Notes: generated from the letters alone by a model not told the origin. DNA of 64,000 nt from an uncultured delta proteobacterium (GCA_963704165.1 CAVPHD010000004.1:320001-384000); one strand, 5' to 3'; shown: positions 18,511 through 30,460, counted from the first letter of the stretch. Program-made: numbers and translations.

Positions 18511-19989
18511 GTGAACGGTAGGCGGTCGGATCCAGAGCGCGACGACCCGTCCGATCCGGAGATCGGTCTCGGGGCGAATCCAGCGGGGGCGGTTGCCGTC
18601 GCTGCGGGTGCCCCCACGCGCGATGCGCGCTACCGACGGACGGACCGTGACATCGTCCGGCTCGCCTGGCCGGCCATCATCTCGCAGGTACTCGCGAGCG
18701 CCGTATCGCTGATCGACATCGCGATGCTCGGTCGGCTCGGCACCGATGCGCTCGCCGCCGTCGGATACACGTCCCAGTTCTTCCAGCTCGCGCAAGCCGC
18801 GCTGCTCGCGCTCTCGGTCGCTTGCGTGGCGCTGATGGCACGCGCACTCGGCGCGGGGGAACCGGAGCGCGCGCGCGGCGCGTTCGCCGCGTCGCTCGTG
18901 CTCGCCATCGGTTCGGCGGTCGCGATCTGCGTCGTCTCGATCGTGTTCCCGAGAGCGCTTCTCGGCATGCTCAATGCGGACCCCGGGGTGATCGACCGAG
19001 CCGTTCCGTACTTCCGTCTCACGCTGGGCTCGACGATCCTGCTCGCCGTCTCACTTACGATCGAGAGCGCCTTCCGATCCGCGCGCAACACCACCACTCC
19101 GCTCCTGATCGCGGGCGTGGTCACGGTCGTGAAGCTCGCGCTGAACTGGCTGCTGATCTTCGGGACGCTCGGATTCCCGCGTCTGGACCTCGTCGGTGCC
19201 GGACTTGCGACGATCGGCGCGCAGCTCGTCGGTGTCGCTCTCTTCCTCGCGGCGACGCTTCGACGAAACCGACCTGAGTCGCAGGCGGTGCGGCTGCGCC
19301 GAGCCGACTTCGCGAACGTTCGCGCGTTCCTGCCCGAGACCGCACGCGTGTCATGGCCCGCGCTTGGCGAACGCGTGCTGCTGAACAGCGCGCTCCTGAT
19401 CTACTTCTGGGTGCTCTCGGATTACGGCCCGGCCGCGATCGCGGCCTATACGATCGGGGTCCGCCTGCTCTCGTTCTCCTGGATTCCGGGCGTGGGCATC
19501 TCGATCGCCGCGTCGACGCTCGTCGGTCAGGCGCTCGGCGCGAGTGACGCGCGGCTCGCCGCGCGTGCCGGCTGGCGCAGTGCACGGCTCTCCCTGTTGA
19601 TCTCGCTGGTTCTCTTCGTCGTCTTCGCACTCGCGAGCCGGACGCTCGCGGAGAGCTTCACGAGCGACGCGGAGGTGGTGGCTGCACTCGTGCCATTCAT
19701 GCTGCTGCTCGGAATCGCGCAACCCTTCCTCGGCGTGCATTTCACGCTGGCCGGCGCGCTGCGAGGCGCGGGCGACACCGTCACACCGCTCCTGTCGGCC
19801 ACGCTGGGCAACTGGGTCTTTCGCGTCCCACTCGCGCTCGTCGCGGCCAAGATCCTCCACGCCGACCTCGTCTGGATCTGGGCGACGCTGGTCTTCGATC
19901 ACGTGACGCGCGCTCTCTGGCTGACCTGGTCGTTCCGACGCGGACGCTGGGCGGAGAAGCTCGGTTCAGGGCTGGGCAAAGCCGACTGA
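18511..19989 (+). CDS. MATE family efflux transporter
   Basis: About 12 TM segments; motifs IDIAMLGRLG, STLVGQALGA and GALRGAGDT. Confidence 0.9.
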   Translation: MNGRRSDPERDDPSDPEIGLGANPAGAVAVAAGAPTRDARYRRTDRDIVRLAWPAIISQVLASAVSLIDIAMLGRLGTDALAAVGYTSQFFQLAQAALLALSVACVALMARALGAGEPERARGAFAASLVLAIGSAVAICVVSIVFPRALLGMLNADPGVIDRAVPYFRLTLGSTILLAVSLTIESAFRSARNTTTPLLIAGVVTVVKLALNWLLIFGTLGFPRLDLVGAGLATIGAQLVGVALFLAATLRRNRPESQAVRLRRADFANVRAFLPETARVSWPALGERVLLNSALLIYFWVLSDYGPAAIAAYTIGVRLLSFSWIPGVGISIAASTLVGQALGASDARLAARAGWRSARLSLLISLVLFVVFALASRTLAESFTSDAEVVAALVPFMLLLGIAQPFLGVHFTLAGALRGAGDTVTPLLSATLGNWVFRVPLALVAAKILHADLVWIWATLVFDHVTRALWLTWSFRRGRWAEKLGSGLGKAD

Positions 19990-20018
19990 TCGGGCAAACT
20001 ACATTCTGGAGGCGAGAC

Positions 20019-20426
20019 GTGGCGAACGCGGACTGGAAGAAGCTCCTCTCACCCGAGGCTTTCGCGGTTCTCTTCGACGAGGCGACGGAGCGAGCCGGGT
20101 CGAGCCCGCTCAACGCAGAGAAGCGCCGCGGCCGGTTCGTCTGCGCCGCCTGCTTCCTCCCGCTCTTCTCCTCGGACGCGAAGTACGAGAGCGGTACGGG
20201 CTGGCCGAGCTTCTTCGAGCCGGTCGCGGGGAACATCGCGACGAAGCGCGACTGGAAACTCATCCTGCCGCGAACCGAGTACCACTGCGCGGGCTGCGGC
20301 GGACACCAAGGGCACGTCTTCGACGACGGACCGGCACCGACGGGGCAACGCTACTGCAACAACGGCGTCGCGCTGCTCTTCGTGCCCGAGGGTGAACCGG
20401 TGCCGGATCCGCGGAAGGTCGGATGA
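20019..20426 (+). CDS. msrB: Peptide-methionine (R)-S-oxide reductase
   Basis: Motifs SGTGWPSF, two CxxC Zn motifs, HQGHVFDDGP and RYCNNG. Confidence 0.95.
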   Translation: MANADWKKLLSPEAFAVLFDEATERAGSSPLNAEKRRGRFVCAACFLPLFSSDAKYESGTGWPSFFEPVAGNIATKRDWKLILPRTEYHCAGCGGHQGHVFDDGPAPTGQRYCNNGVALLFVPEGEPVPDPRKVG

Positions 20427-20896
20427 CCGCACCCGTTGCGAACGAGCGACTCGAGCTCGACCTGCGCGCGAAGGAGAAGCGGGTCTACGACCGCATGCGC
20501 GCCCTCGTCGTCAAGCTCGAGCCCGGGGCGGGCGCGGGGCTGCGGGATCTGCTGCTCTTTCTGCCCGACCTGGTCGTGCTCTTGTTGCGACTCACGCGCG
20601 ATCCGCGCGTGCCGGCCGGCGCGAAAGCCGTGGCCGTCGTCGGGATCGGCTACGCGCTGTCACCGATCGATCTGCTTCCCGAGATCTTCTTCGGACCGAT
20701 CGGCTTCCTGGACGATCTTCTGATCGCCGCCGCGGCCGTTTCCTACGTCGTGAATCGGGTCCATCCGGATCTCGTGCGCGCGCACTGGTCCGGCCCGGGT
20801 GATCTGCTCGACGTCTTGAAATCGACGCTCGGGTGGTCCGAGAAGCTCCTCGGCAAAACGCTCTCGCGCGTGATCGGATTCCGCGAGAAGAGCTGA
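20423..20896 (+). CDS. YkvA/DUF1232 family membrane protein
   Basis: Motif DPRVP..AK..YALSPIDLLPE..IGFLDD. Confidence 0.88.
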   Translation: MTAPVANERLELDLRAKEKRVYDRMRALVVKLEPGAGAGLRDLLLFLPDLVVLLLRLTRDPRVPAGAKAVAVVGIGYALSPIDLLPEIFFGPIGFLDDLLIAAAAVSYVVNRVHPDLVRAHWSGPGDLLDVLKSTLGWSEKLLGKTLSRVIGFREKS

Positions 20897-21236
20897 CCGA
20901 CGAGGCTTAGCGCGAGCGATCTGAACGCTTTCGAGGCGCTCGGGCGCCTCGGCTCCCGGGCCGTCGAGATCGACTGGAGCGCCGGTTCGTTCTGTTGTTC
21001 CGGCAGATCGACTCGCTGCACGTGGTCGTCGACGTCGGAGAAATCGCCGCGAGGAGCTCCGTCCCGTCGTCGAAGCGGAGTGTGACCCGCGCCTCCGGGT
21101 GATCCTGCTCGTGCCGCCCGGCAATGACCTCGGACTTCGGGCGCAGCTCAGCTCCAACAAACCGCGAGCACCCGCACACCGACTCGCGACGAACATCGCA
21201 TCGAGTCTTCGGGACGGCCGCGCCGAGCGGGGGTCG

Positions 21237-23030
21237 CTATCGGTCGAGCAGGTGATCGCGCTCCGCTGCGCGGAACACCCCGCGCAGGCGCTCGAAGTCG
21301 GCGGGCGTGAACCGCCGGTACGAGGTGTCACCCCGCTCCCGGAAGTACATCGGGTCGCTCACTCGACGCGGATCGAAGTGCACCTTCTTCAGGTTCCGAA
21401 CCAGCACCTTCTGCGTGCCGGTGTACTCGAAGTCCGGGACGATCCGCACGAAGTCGGGAAACCATTTCCGGTCCATGCCGCCGTCGCGGATCTGGCGCTC
21501 GCAGAACTCGAAGAACTCCTTCGGGTCGAAGGTCGCGCCCTCGCGAAGTTTGAGTGCTGCCATCAGAAGCTCGTCGGAGACCGCGCAGGGCACGCCGTAG
21601 GCCGCGGCGAGCGGCACGTCGGGGTGCTCGCCGAGCAGCCGCGCGACCTGCAGCGCGGAGAAGTTCTCCCCGTCCTTTCGGATCCAGTCGTCGGTACGCC
21701 CGTCGAAGAACAGGTAGCGCTTCGCGTTCCGCACGAGCACGTGCCCGAGATCGCCCGAGTGGTACACGCCATCGCGGTACTTGGACGTGTTCGCCTCGGG
21801 GTTGTCGAAGTAGCCCTGGAAGAGCCCCGTCTCGGGCGCGTGGCGGCAGATCTCGCCCACGGCGGCGTCGTAGTTCGTGATCTTCCCCTCGGCGTCGAGC
21901 TCGGCCGGCACGCACTCGCGGCCGCGCTCGTCGAGGATCTTGACGTTCGGGTCGGTGATCTCGCCGACGCTTCCACGCGGATCGCCCATTCGACGGAACG
22001 TGCTGATCGCGGCCTCCGTCGAGCCGTAGAGCTCGAACATGTCCTCGAGGCCCATCCACGCGACGAACTTGTCGATGTCGACCGGAGACGCTCCGTTGCC
22101 GATCGCGAAGCGCAGCCGGTTCTTCGGGTGCTCGGTCACCTCGCGCCGAATTCGCGCGAGATCGCCGCCGTGCTCCTTTTCGATCGCCGCGAGCACGTAG
22201 TGGACCGGTTCACCGACGTAGTTCCACATGCTGACTCCGTACTCGAGGCAGTCCGGAACGAAGCGGCTGCCGCTGAAGCGCTCGCGAAGTCCCATGCCAC
22301 CGCCCACCCAGAAGCACGGCATCAGTCCGACGAAGAGCGCGTTGGAGTGGAAGAGCGGCATGCACGCGTAGCCGATGTCGTCGCGGTGCAGGCCGGTGTT
22401 CATCGAAACGCCGACGCCCGTCGCGCAGAGCTTGAAGTGGTTGTTGTTGATGCCCTTGGGCAGGCCCGTCGTCCCGGAGGTGTAGATCACCATCAGGTTG
22501 GTCTCTGGCGTGACGGAGACGTCGGGGTAGGGCAGGGACTTCTCCGCCGGTCCGACTTCGCGATCGAGGGCGGCCCGGAACTCGGAGAGCGTGACGACGT
22601 TCTCGGCGGGAACCGTACGCAGGTCCGCGCGCACGCGCTCGACTTCGGGCATCAGCTTGTCGTCGACGACGAGCAGGCGGGCGCGCGCGTGATTGATGAC
22701 GCCCGCGAGGATCTCCCCGCGCAGGCCCGTGTTGATTCCGAAGAGCGTCGCGCCCGCGATGCCACAGCCACCGAAGAGCGCGACGAGCTCGAGGTGGTTC
22801 TCGAGCAGCATCGCGACGTGCGGTGGGCGCTTCTCGTCGCTCGGGCCGAGCCGTTGCAGCACGAAGTGCGCGACGCGCGTCGCCTCGTCGCGGAATCGAC
22901 GGTAGCTCCAGCGTCGCGCGTCGTGCATGAGGAAGATCTTCTCCGCGGAGTCGGGGTGCTCGGCGCGCACCCGGATCTGCTCGCGAAGGGTGAGTTCGGC
23001 CTGGGGAAAGGAGATCGGCGTCTGCGTCAT
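21237..23030 (-). CDS. Long-chain acyl-CoA ligase (FadD17/FATP-like AMP-binding enzyme)
   Basis: Motifs IYTSGTTGLPK, MPLFHSN, WNYVGE, YGSTE, SGDLG and RKDGENFS. Confidence 0.92.
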   Translation of the reverse strand: MTQTPISFPQAELTLREQIRVRAEHPDSAEKIFLMHDARRWSYRRFRDEATRVAHFVLQRLGPSDEKRPPHVAMLLENHLELVALFGGCGIAGATLFGINTGLRGEILAGVINHARARLLVVDDKLMPEVERVRADLRTVPAENVVTLSEFRAALDREVGPAEKSLPYPDVSVTPETNLMVIYTSGTTGLPKGINNNHFKLCATGVGVSMNTGLHRDDIGYACMPLFHSNALFVGLMPCFWVGGGMGLRERFSGSRFVPDCLEYGVSMWNYVGEPVHYVLAAIEKEHGGDLARIRREVTEHPKNRLRFAIGNGASPVDIDKFVAWMGLEDMFELYGSTEAAISTFRRMGDPRGSVGEITDPNVKILDERGRECVPAELDAEGKITNYDAAVGEICRHAPETGLFQGYFDNPEANTSKYRDGVYHSGDLGHVLVRNAKRYLFFDGRTDDWIRKDGENFSALQVARLLGEHPDVPLAAAYGVPCAVSDELLMAALKLREGATFDPKEFFEFCERQIRDGGMDRKWFPDFVRIVPDFEYTGTQKVLVRNLKKVHFDPRRVSDPMYFRERGDTSYRRFTPADFERLRGVFRAAERDHLLDR

Positions 23031-23039
23031 GGGAGCGCG

Positions 23040-23054
23040 ATCTTACCGTAAGAT
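23040..23054. promoter_or_regulatory. Back-to-back -10 elements (bidirectional leaderless promoter)
   Basis: ATCTTA-CCG-TAAGAT is a perfect inverted repeat giving TAAGAT on each strand, 6 nt before the mazG ATG and 9 nt before the ligase ATG. Confidence 0.6.
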
Positions 23055-23060
23055 GGGTGG

Positions 23061-23708
23061 ATGCCGAAAATCGATCGTCTGCTCGAGCTGATGGCCCGCT
23101 TGCGCGATCCGGACGGCGGTTGCCCGTGGGATCTCGCACAGAGCTTCGCGAGCATCGCGAAGTACACCGTCGAAGAAGCCTACGAAGTCGACGACGCGAT
23201 CCGGCGACAGGCCTGGCCGGAGCTCTGCGACGAGCTTGGAGATCTTCTGCTCCAGGTCGTCTTTCACGCGCAGATCGCGAGCGAAGCGGGCTTGTTCGCG
23301 TTCGACGACGTCGTGGACGCGATCTCGGCCAAGCTCGTGCGCAGGCACCCGAACGTCTTCGGCGACGCGCGCGTCGCGACCGCCGAAGAACAGGCGCGCG
23401 CCTGGGACGCGCACAAGGCGGCCGAGCGCGAAGCGCGCGGCGTGGATGATCTCGACGCCGTGCCGCGTGCGCTTCCCGCGCTGATGCAGGCCGCCAAGCT
23501 CGCGCGAAGAGCGGAGCGAGCGGGCCGCCTCGAACCGGCGGGTCGTGCCGTCCTTCCCGACCTCGGAGAAGCGGCCGTCGGCGACGCCCTCTTCGATCTC
23601 GCACGCGGCGCGGCGCTGCGCGGCATCGATCCGGAGGTCGTCCTGCGCGAGGCCTGCGAGCGCTTTCGCGCCCGGCACGCGCGCTACGGGCGGAATCTCC
23701 AGATCTGA
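23061..23708 (+). CDS. mazG: MazG nucleoside triphosphate pyrophosphohydrolase (shortened second domain)
   Basis: Motifs LRDPDGGCPWD, EEAYEV, DELGDLLLQVVFH and KLVRRHPNVF. Confidence 0.92.
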   Translation: MPKIDRLLELMARLRDPDGGCPWDLAQSFASIAKYTVEEAYEVDDAIRRQAWPELCDELGDLLLQVVFHAQIASEAGLFAFDDVVDAISAKLVRRHPNVFGDARVATAEEQARAWDAHKAAEREARGVDDLDAVPRALPALMQAAKLARRAERAGRLEPAGRAVLPDLGEAAVGDALFDLARGAALRGIDPEVVLREACERFRARHARYGRNLQI

Positions 23709-24790
23709 TAGGGCGCCTCCGAAGCGATCTCCGCCGGGCTCTTCAAGATCACTTGGTGCAAGGCGCTGCACGTCAGGTAGAGCCAACCGTCGGGAGCGAA
23801 TGCGAATCCGTCGGGCCAGCGCAGACGTTCGTCCACAAGGAGCGTGCGGAGCTCACGGTTCTGGCCGAGCGCGATGACTGCGGAGTGCTCGATGTCGGAG
23901 AGATAGAGCGTGCCGTCGGCGTCGATCGCGATGCCGTCGCTCATGGTCTTCTCCGCGAAGCGTTCGACTCGCGAGGCGAGCTCGCGCCAGGGCATGCGCG
24001 GATCGTGCAGGTCGGCAGTACGCACGCGGTAGATGTGATTGGCGGTCACGGCTGCGAAGTAGAGCCACTCGCCTGCGTCATCGAGCGCGATCGAATCGAC
24101 GCCCGGGCGAATGGTGAAGAGTCCGAAGAACTCCATCCGCGTGCCCTGTACGACCGGAGCGTAGTCCTCGGCCAACACGGATTCGTGGCCGTCGAGCACG
24201 CGATGCGCGCGTTGTGCCGAAACGTCGTAGACCACGACCGCGGGGAGCAGCGCGAACAGGCTCGCGTCCGCGATGTAGACGTGCTTCCCATCGGGTGAGA
24301 CCTGGAAGTCGTTCAGCATCGAGCCGCGCAGCGCGATCTTGTTCGGGAAATCGTGACGGTGGACGAGCGCTCCGGTCTCGAGGTCGAAGGCGAGCAGGCG
24401 CGCGGTACCGAAGCCGTAGCGTCCGTGGTCGAGCACCCAGAGCCGGTTCTTCCGATCGGCGCGGATCGAGAGCACGGTCTGATGGACGAGTTCCCCCGGG
24501 AGCCCTGCGGGCGGATAGGCGACCGGCTGGCCGTCGACGAGCTCGAACACCGATACGGGTGGACTTCCCTCCGGATGGAACGTCGCGAAGACGCGACCCG
24601 TCGGTGACACCGTGATGTTCCCCGGTGGGTGTGGGAGATCCGCGACGAGTTCGAGCACGTCGGATCCGAGCGAGGGTTCAGAGCTTCGATCCGGGAACGC
24701 CGCGCCGCCGCCGTAGCGCGCGCGCACCCCCGCGAGGACGAGCGCCGCGAGGGCGAGCAGCAGAACCAGAGCGTATCGAGCGATCCGCAC
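23684..24790 (-). CDS. Major royal jelly protein/yellow-like six-bladed beta-propeller (SMP-30/gluconolactonase clan)
   Basis: N-terminal TM/signal; motifs PGNITVS..GRVF, LWVLDHG, MLNDF..YIADAS, SDGIAID and LRWPDG. Confidence 0.8.
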   Translation of the reverse strand: MRIARYALVLLLALAALVLAGVRARYGGGAAFPDRSSEPSLGSDVLELVADLPHPPGNITVSPTGRVFATFHPEGSPPVSVFELVDGQPVAYPPAGLPGELVHQTVLSIRADRKNRLWVLDHGRYGFGTARLLAFDLETGALVHRHDFPNKIALRGSMLNDFQVSPDGKHVYIADASLFALLPAVVVYDVSAQRAHRVLDGHESVLAEDYAPVVQGTRMEFFGLFTIRPGVDSIALDDAGEWLYFAAVTANHIYRVRTADLHDPRMPWRELASRVERFAEKTMSDGIAIDADGTLYLSDIEHSAVIALGQNRELRTLLVDERLRWPDGFAFAPDGWLYLTCSALHQVILKSPAEIASEAPYQIWRFRP

Positions 24791-24838
24791 TCGCCGAGGC
24801 TAGCACCCGCCCAAAGAAGTCTCGCGGCGAGAGCGCCA

Positions 24839-24974
24839 CCTTTCGCGCGCCGGGACGACGATAGAGACAGATGGTTTCGACATCGCGACCGCAAGAGATG
24901 CTCACGAGAGGGAACGGGATCCGAGTTCCGCAAGGAGCGCTGGGCCCAAAGTAGTCCCGCGCGGGCCGGGAAGG
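24839..24974. other. Inverted-repeat-bounded structured intergenic element (ncRNA or REPIN-like)
   Basis: Arms cgcgc..gggacgac (24844-24859) and gtagtcccgcgcg (24951-24963) enclose several hairpins, including GTTCC-GCAA-GGAGC. Confidence 0.3.
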
Positions 24975-24984
24975 CTCCAGCTTC

Positions 24985-27248
<2,264 letters not shown>

Positions 27249-27252
<4 letters not shown>

Positions 27253-27608
27253 TCCGGCTCGGCTCCCGCGCGCAGAGGATAGCCGCGTTCCTCGGCCAGG
27301 CGATGGACCTGCGCGACCTTGGTCTCGGCGATCTCGAGCACGTACACGCCGCCGACACCCATTCCCGAGCGGTGGATCTGCAGCATCAACGCGGTGGCTT
27401 CCGACGGGCTCTTGCCGAAGACGTTCTCGAGCAGGTGTACGACGAACTCCATCGGTGTGTAGTTGTCGTTGTAGAGCAGCACTTTGAAGCGCGGTGGGCG
27501 CTCGACCTTGGGCTTCTCGCGTGTCGCGACGCCGCGGTCGCGATCACGCTCGACGTCCGGCTTGTCTCGCGGCACGCCCGTGGGCGGCTTCTTCGGCTCG
27601 TCCGGCAT
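27249..27608 (-). CDS. clpS: Clp protease adaptor ClpS
   Basis: Motifs FKVLLYNDNYTPMEFVV, MLQIH..G and EIAETK..YPL; overlaps the clpA start. Confidence 0.95.
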
Positions 27609-27656
27609 CGTCGGCAGGATAACCGAGCGGGCGGGCTCAAGGTACACTGCGCCCGG

Positions 27657-28796
27657 ATGGTCGAGATCGAATGCCTCTCCGGCGTGCGTGAGCTCCCTGC
27701 GTCGGAGTGGAACGCGCTCGTCGGCGACGGCTCGCCCTTTCTGGAGTGGGAGTTCCTCGCCTCGCTCGAGGAGGCTGGCTGCGTCGGCGGCCGAAGCGGA
27801 TGGGCGCCGCGCCCGCTCGTCGCGCGCGAGAACGGACGGCTCGTCGCGGCCGCGCCGCTCTATCTGAAGGAACACAGCGAGGGTGAATTCGTCTTCGATT
27901 GGGGCTGGGCGGATGCGGCGGAGCGCGCGGGGATCTCGTACTACCCGAAGATGCTGGTCGCCGTGCCGTTCACGCCGGCGGCCGGCGAGCGATTTCTCGT
28001 CGCCGAGGGCGCCGACCGGCCCGTCTGGACCGAGCGCCTCGCCGCCGCGCTGCTCGAGGTGTGTCGGCAGGGCGAGTTCTCGGGAATTCACGTCAACTTC
28101 TGCCGCGAGAGCGACGTCGAACCCCTGCGCGCGCAGGGCTTCGAGCTGCGCGTCGGCGTGCAGTACCAGTGGCGAAATGACGGCTATCGGGATTCGTCGG
28201 ATTGGCTCGCGCGCTTTCGCAGCAAGCGCCGAAATCAGATCAAGCGCGAGCGCCGAGAGGTGGCCGAGTCGGGCGTCGTGATCGAGACGTTCGCGGGCGA
28301 GTCGATTCCCGACGATCTCTTCGAGCCGATGTTCCGCTTCTATCTGGCGACGGTCCGCGGCCGGGTCTGGGGCCGGCAGTACCTGAATCGGCGCTTTTTC
28401 GAGCTCCTGCGCGAGCGTTTCAAGCACCGACTCTGTTTCATCGTCGCGCGCGCGGGAGACGAATTGATCGCCGGGACTTTCAACGTGCAGAAGGGCGACA
28501 CGCTCTGGGGTCGCTACTGGGGCGCGACGCGCGAGATCCGGAATCTGCACTTCGAGGTCTGCTACTACGCCGCGGTCGAGCATTGCATCGCGAACGGACT
28601 GGCGCGTTTCGAGCCGGGCGCGGGCGGCGACTACAAGCAGATGCGCGGCTTCGACGGCGAGCCGACCTACAGCCTGCACTGGCTCGCGGAGCCGCGCCTG
28701 CGGGAAGCGGTGCGTCGCTTCCTCGCCGAGGAGCGCAAACACACGCTCGGCGGCATCGAGTGGTTGCGCGAGCACAGCGCGCTGAAGCTCTCCTAG
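27657..28796 (+). CDS. FemAB-like double-GNAT protein (DUF482 family)
   Basis: Motifs PLYLKEHSEGEFVFDWGWA, YYPK..VPFTP, LWGRYWG, LHFEVCYY and FEPGAGG. Confidence 0.9.
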   Translation: MVEIECLSGVRELPASEWNALVGDGSPFLEWEFLASLEEAGCVGGRSGWAPRPLVARENGRLVAAAPLYLKEHSEGEFVFDWGWADAAERAGISYYPKMLVAVPFTPAAGERFLVAEGADRPVWTERLAAALLEVCRQGEFSGIHVNFCRESDVEPLRAQGFELRVGVQYQWRNDGYRDSSDWLARFRSKRRNQIKRERREVAESGVVIETFAGESIPDDLFEPMFRFYLATVRGRVWGRQYLNRRFFELLRERFKHRLCFIVARAGDELIAGTFNVQKGDTLWGRYWGATREIRNLHFEVCYYAAVEHCIANGLARFEPGAGGDYKQMRGFDGEPTYSLHWLAEPRLREAVRRFLAEERKHTLGGIEWLREHSALKLS

Positions 28797-28804
28797 AGCT
28801 GCAC

Positions 28805-29656
28805 GTGGGACTCGATCCATTCGTCGCCTCGATGGTCCTCCTCGCCGCGATCCTGCACGCGGGCTGGAACGCGCTCACGAAGTCGAGCAGCGATCGCACG
28901 CTGACGCTCGCGGTCTTGCTCGGCACCTGCTCGCTGATCGGCGCGATCGCCTGCTTCTTCGTTCCCGTCCCGGATCCGGCCGCATGGAGCTACCTGGGTG
29001 TGTCGATCGTCTTCCACGCGCTCTATCAGATCTTCCTGCTTCAGGCCTACCGATTCGGCGATCTCTCACACGTCTATCCGATCGCGCGTGGCCTGGCGCC
29101 GGTCCTCGTCGCTCTGCTCGCCGCGCTCTTTGCCGGAGAGATGCCGGGATTCGTGCAAGGGCTCGGGCTCGCCGTGGCCTCGTTGTCGATTGCGAGCCTC
29201 GCGCTCGAGCCTCGGACGCTCGGTCCCGGTGCGACTCGCAGCGTCGTAGCCGCGCTGGTGACGGCGGCGATGATCGGCACGTACACGTTCATCGACGGGC
29301 AGGGCGTGCGGCGCGCCGGGACTTCCTTTTCCTACATCGCCTGGAACATGTGGCTCACGTCCATTCCGATGTTCTCGTTCGTGGTGCTGCGCCGTCGTGC
29401 GCGACTGCGCGCGATCCTCGGCAGCGTCGAGGGAGCGAAGGCCGTGGCTGGCGGTGTGGTCGCTGCGCTCGGGTACGGGATCGTGCTCTGGGCGATGGAC
29501 GGCGGCGCGATGGCGAGCGTCGCTGCGCTGCGTGAGACGAGCGTCGTCTTCGCCGCGCTGATCGGAACGGTGCTGCTCGGCGAGGCGTTCGGATCGCGGC
29601 GCATCGTCGCGGCCATCGGTGTCGCCCTCGGCGTGATCCTGCTGCAGTCCGGGTGA
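28805..29656 (+). CDS. EamA/DMT family transporter
   Basis: Motifs LHAGWNAL, GDLSHVYPIARG and ALRETSVVFA. Confidence 0.9.
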   Translation: MGLDPFVASMVLLAAILHAGWNALTKSSSDRTLTLAVLLGTCSLIGAIACFFVPVPDPAAWSYLGVSIVFHALYQIFLLQAYRFGDLSHVYPIARGLAPVLVALLAALFAGEMPGFVQGLGLAVASLSIASLALEPRTLGPGATRSVVAALVTAAMIGTYTFIDGQGVRRAGTSFSYIAWNMWLTSIPMFSFVVLRRRARLRAILGSVEGAKAVAGGVVAALGYGIVLWAMDGGAMASVAALRETSVVFAALIGTVLLGEAFGSRRIVAAIGVALGVILLQSG

Positions 29657-29722
29657 CGGCGTGCAGAGCCACGGGACGACGCGTGTCGCCGCGTGGTAGA
29701 AGTTCGCTTCGGGAGGAGCACG

Positions 29723-30451
29723 ATGGAAATTCGAAGCCGTATTGGGATGTCCGTGATCGCGCTCGTCGCCGTTGCGGCGTGTGCGAAGATCCAGATCTCG
29801 GACCGGAAGATCCTGGTCGATGAGCAGGCGGCGCGGCCGCATCACATCTTCGTATATGACTTCGTGGCGACTCCCGAGGACCTTCCGTCGACGTCTTCGC
29901 TCGCGGGACTGACTTCGGAGTCGAGCTCGCCGCAAACGCCCGAACAGGTCGCTCTCGGTCGAGAGGTCGGCGCCGAGGTCGCAAAGGCTCTCGTCGCGGA
30001 GATCGACGCGATGGGCTTACCGGGCGAGGAGGTGTCGGGGGAGCCGGCGCTCGAGGTCGACGATCTCGTCATCCGGGGAACTCTGCTCTCCGTCGTCGAG
30101 GGGAGTGCGACCGAGCGCGTCGCGGTCGGCATGGGCGTTGGCGCCGCCGAACTCAGAGTCGCCGTCGAGGGGTTCCAGATGACGCCGGACGGACTTCGCG
30201 CTGTCGGATCGGGCACGCTCGATACCAGCGCCGGGAAGTCTCCCGGTGCGGTCGTCCCGCTCGCCGTCGCGCTTGCGACCAAGAACCCGCTGGGCCTGAT
30301 CGTGAGCACGGGCGTGAAGCTGCACGGCGAGCAGACCGGAAGCAGCACGATCCACGGCAAGGCCAAGGACATCGCGAAGGAGATCGCCGATCAGCTCCGA
30401 CCGAAGTTCGAAGCCCAAGGCTGGATCCCGCGGTCGGAGACCTCGCCCTAG
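29723..30451 (+). CDS. DUF4410-like lipoprotein
   Basis: Lipobox VAAC; motifs RPHHIFVYDF and EGSATERVAVGMGVG; GGAGG RBS. Confidence 0.75.
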   Translation: MEIRSRIGMSVIALVAVAACAKIQISDRKILVDEQAARPHHIFVYDFVATPEDLPSTSSLAGLTSESSSPQTPEQVALGREVGAEVAKALVAEIDAMGLPGEEVSGEPALEVDDLVIRGTLLSVVEGSATERVAVGMGVGAAELRVAVEGFQMTPDGLRAVGSGTLDTSAGKSPGAVVPLAVALATKNPLGLIVSTGVKLHGEQTGSSTIHGKAKDIAKEIADQLRPKFEAQGWIPRSETSP

Positions 30452-30460
30452 CGCCGACTC

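Noticed and set aside
15223..18795. Very long antisense and alternate-frame ORFs (e.g. 15223-18795, 8641-11751, 2771-4741, 21099-23051, 62246-63667)
   Set aside because: Shadow ORFs expected at very high GC; they are Arg/Ala/Pro-rich or mirror the real gene, have no family motifs and overlap well-supported genes.
20907..21200. Possible small gene or remnant between ykvA and the acyl-CoA ligase
   Set aside because: A short protein-like stretch (EARVTLRFDDGTELLA) exists, but there is no convincing start, RBS or family motif.
24839..24974. Retron msr-msd, 6S RNA, SRP RNA or known riboswitch identity for the structured spacer
   Set aside because: No reverse transcriptase nearby and no diagnostic motifs recognised; left unnamed.
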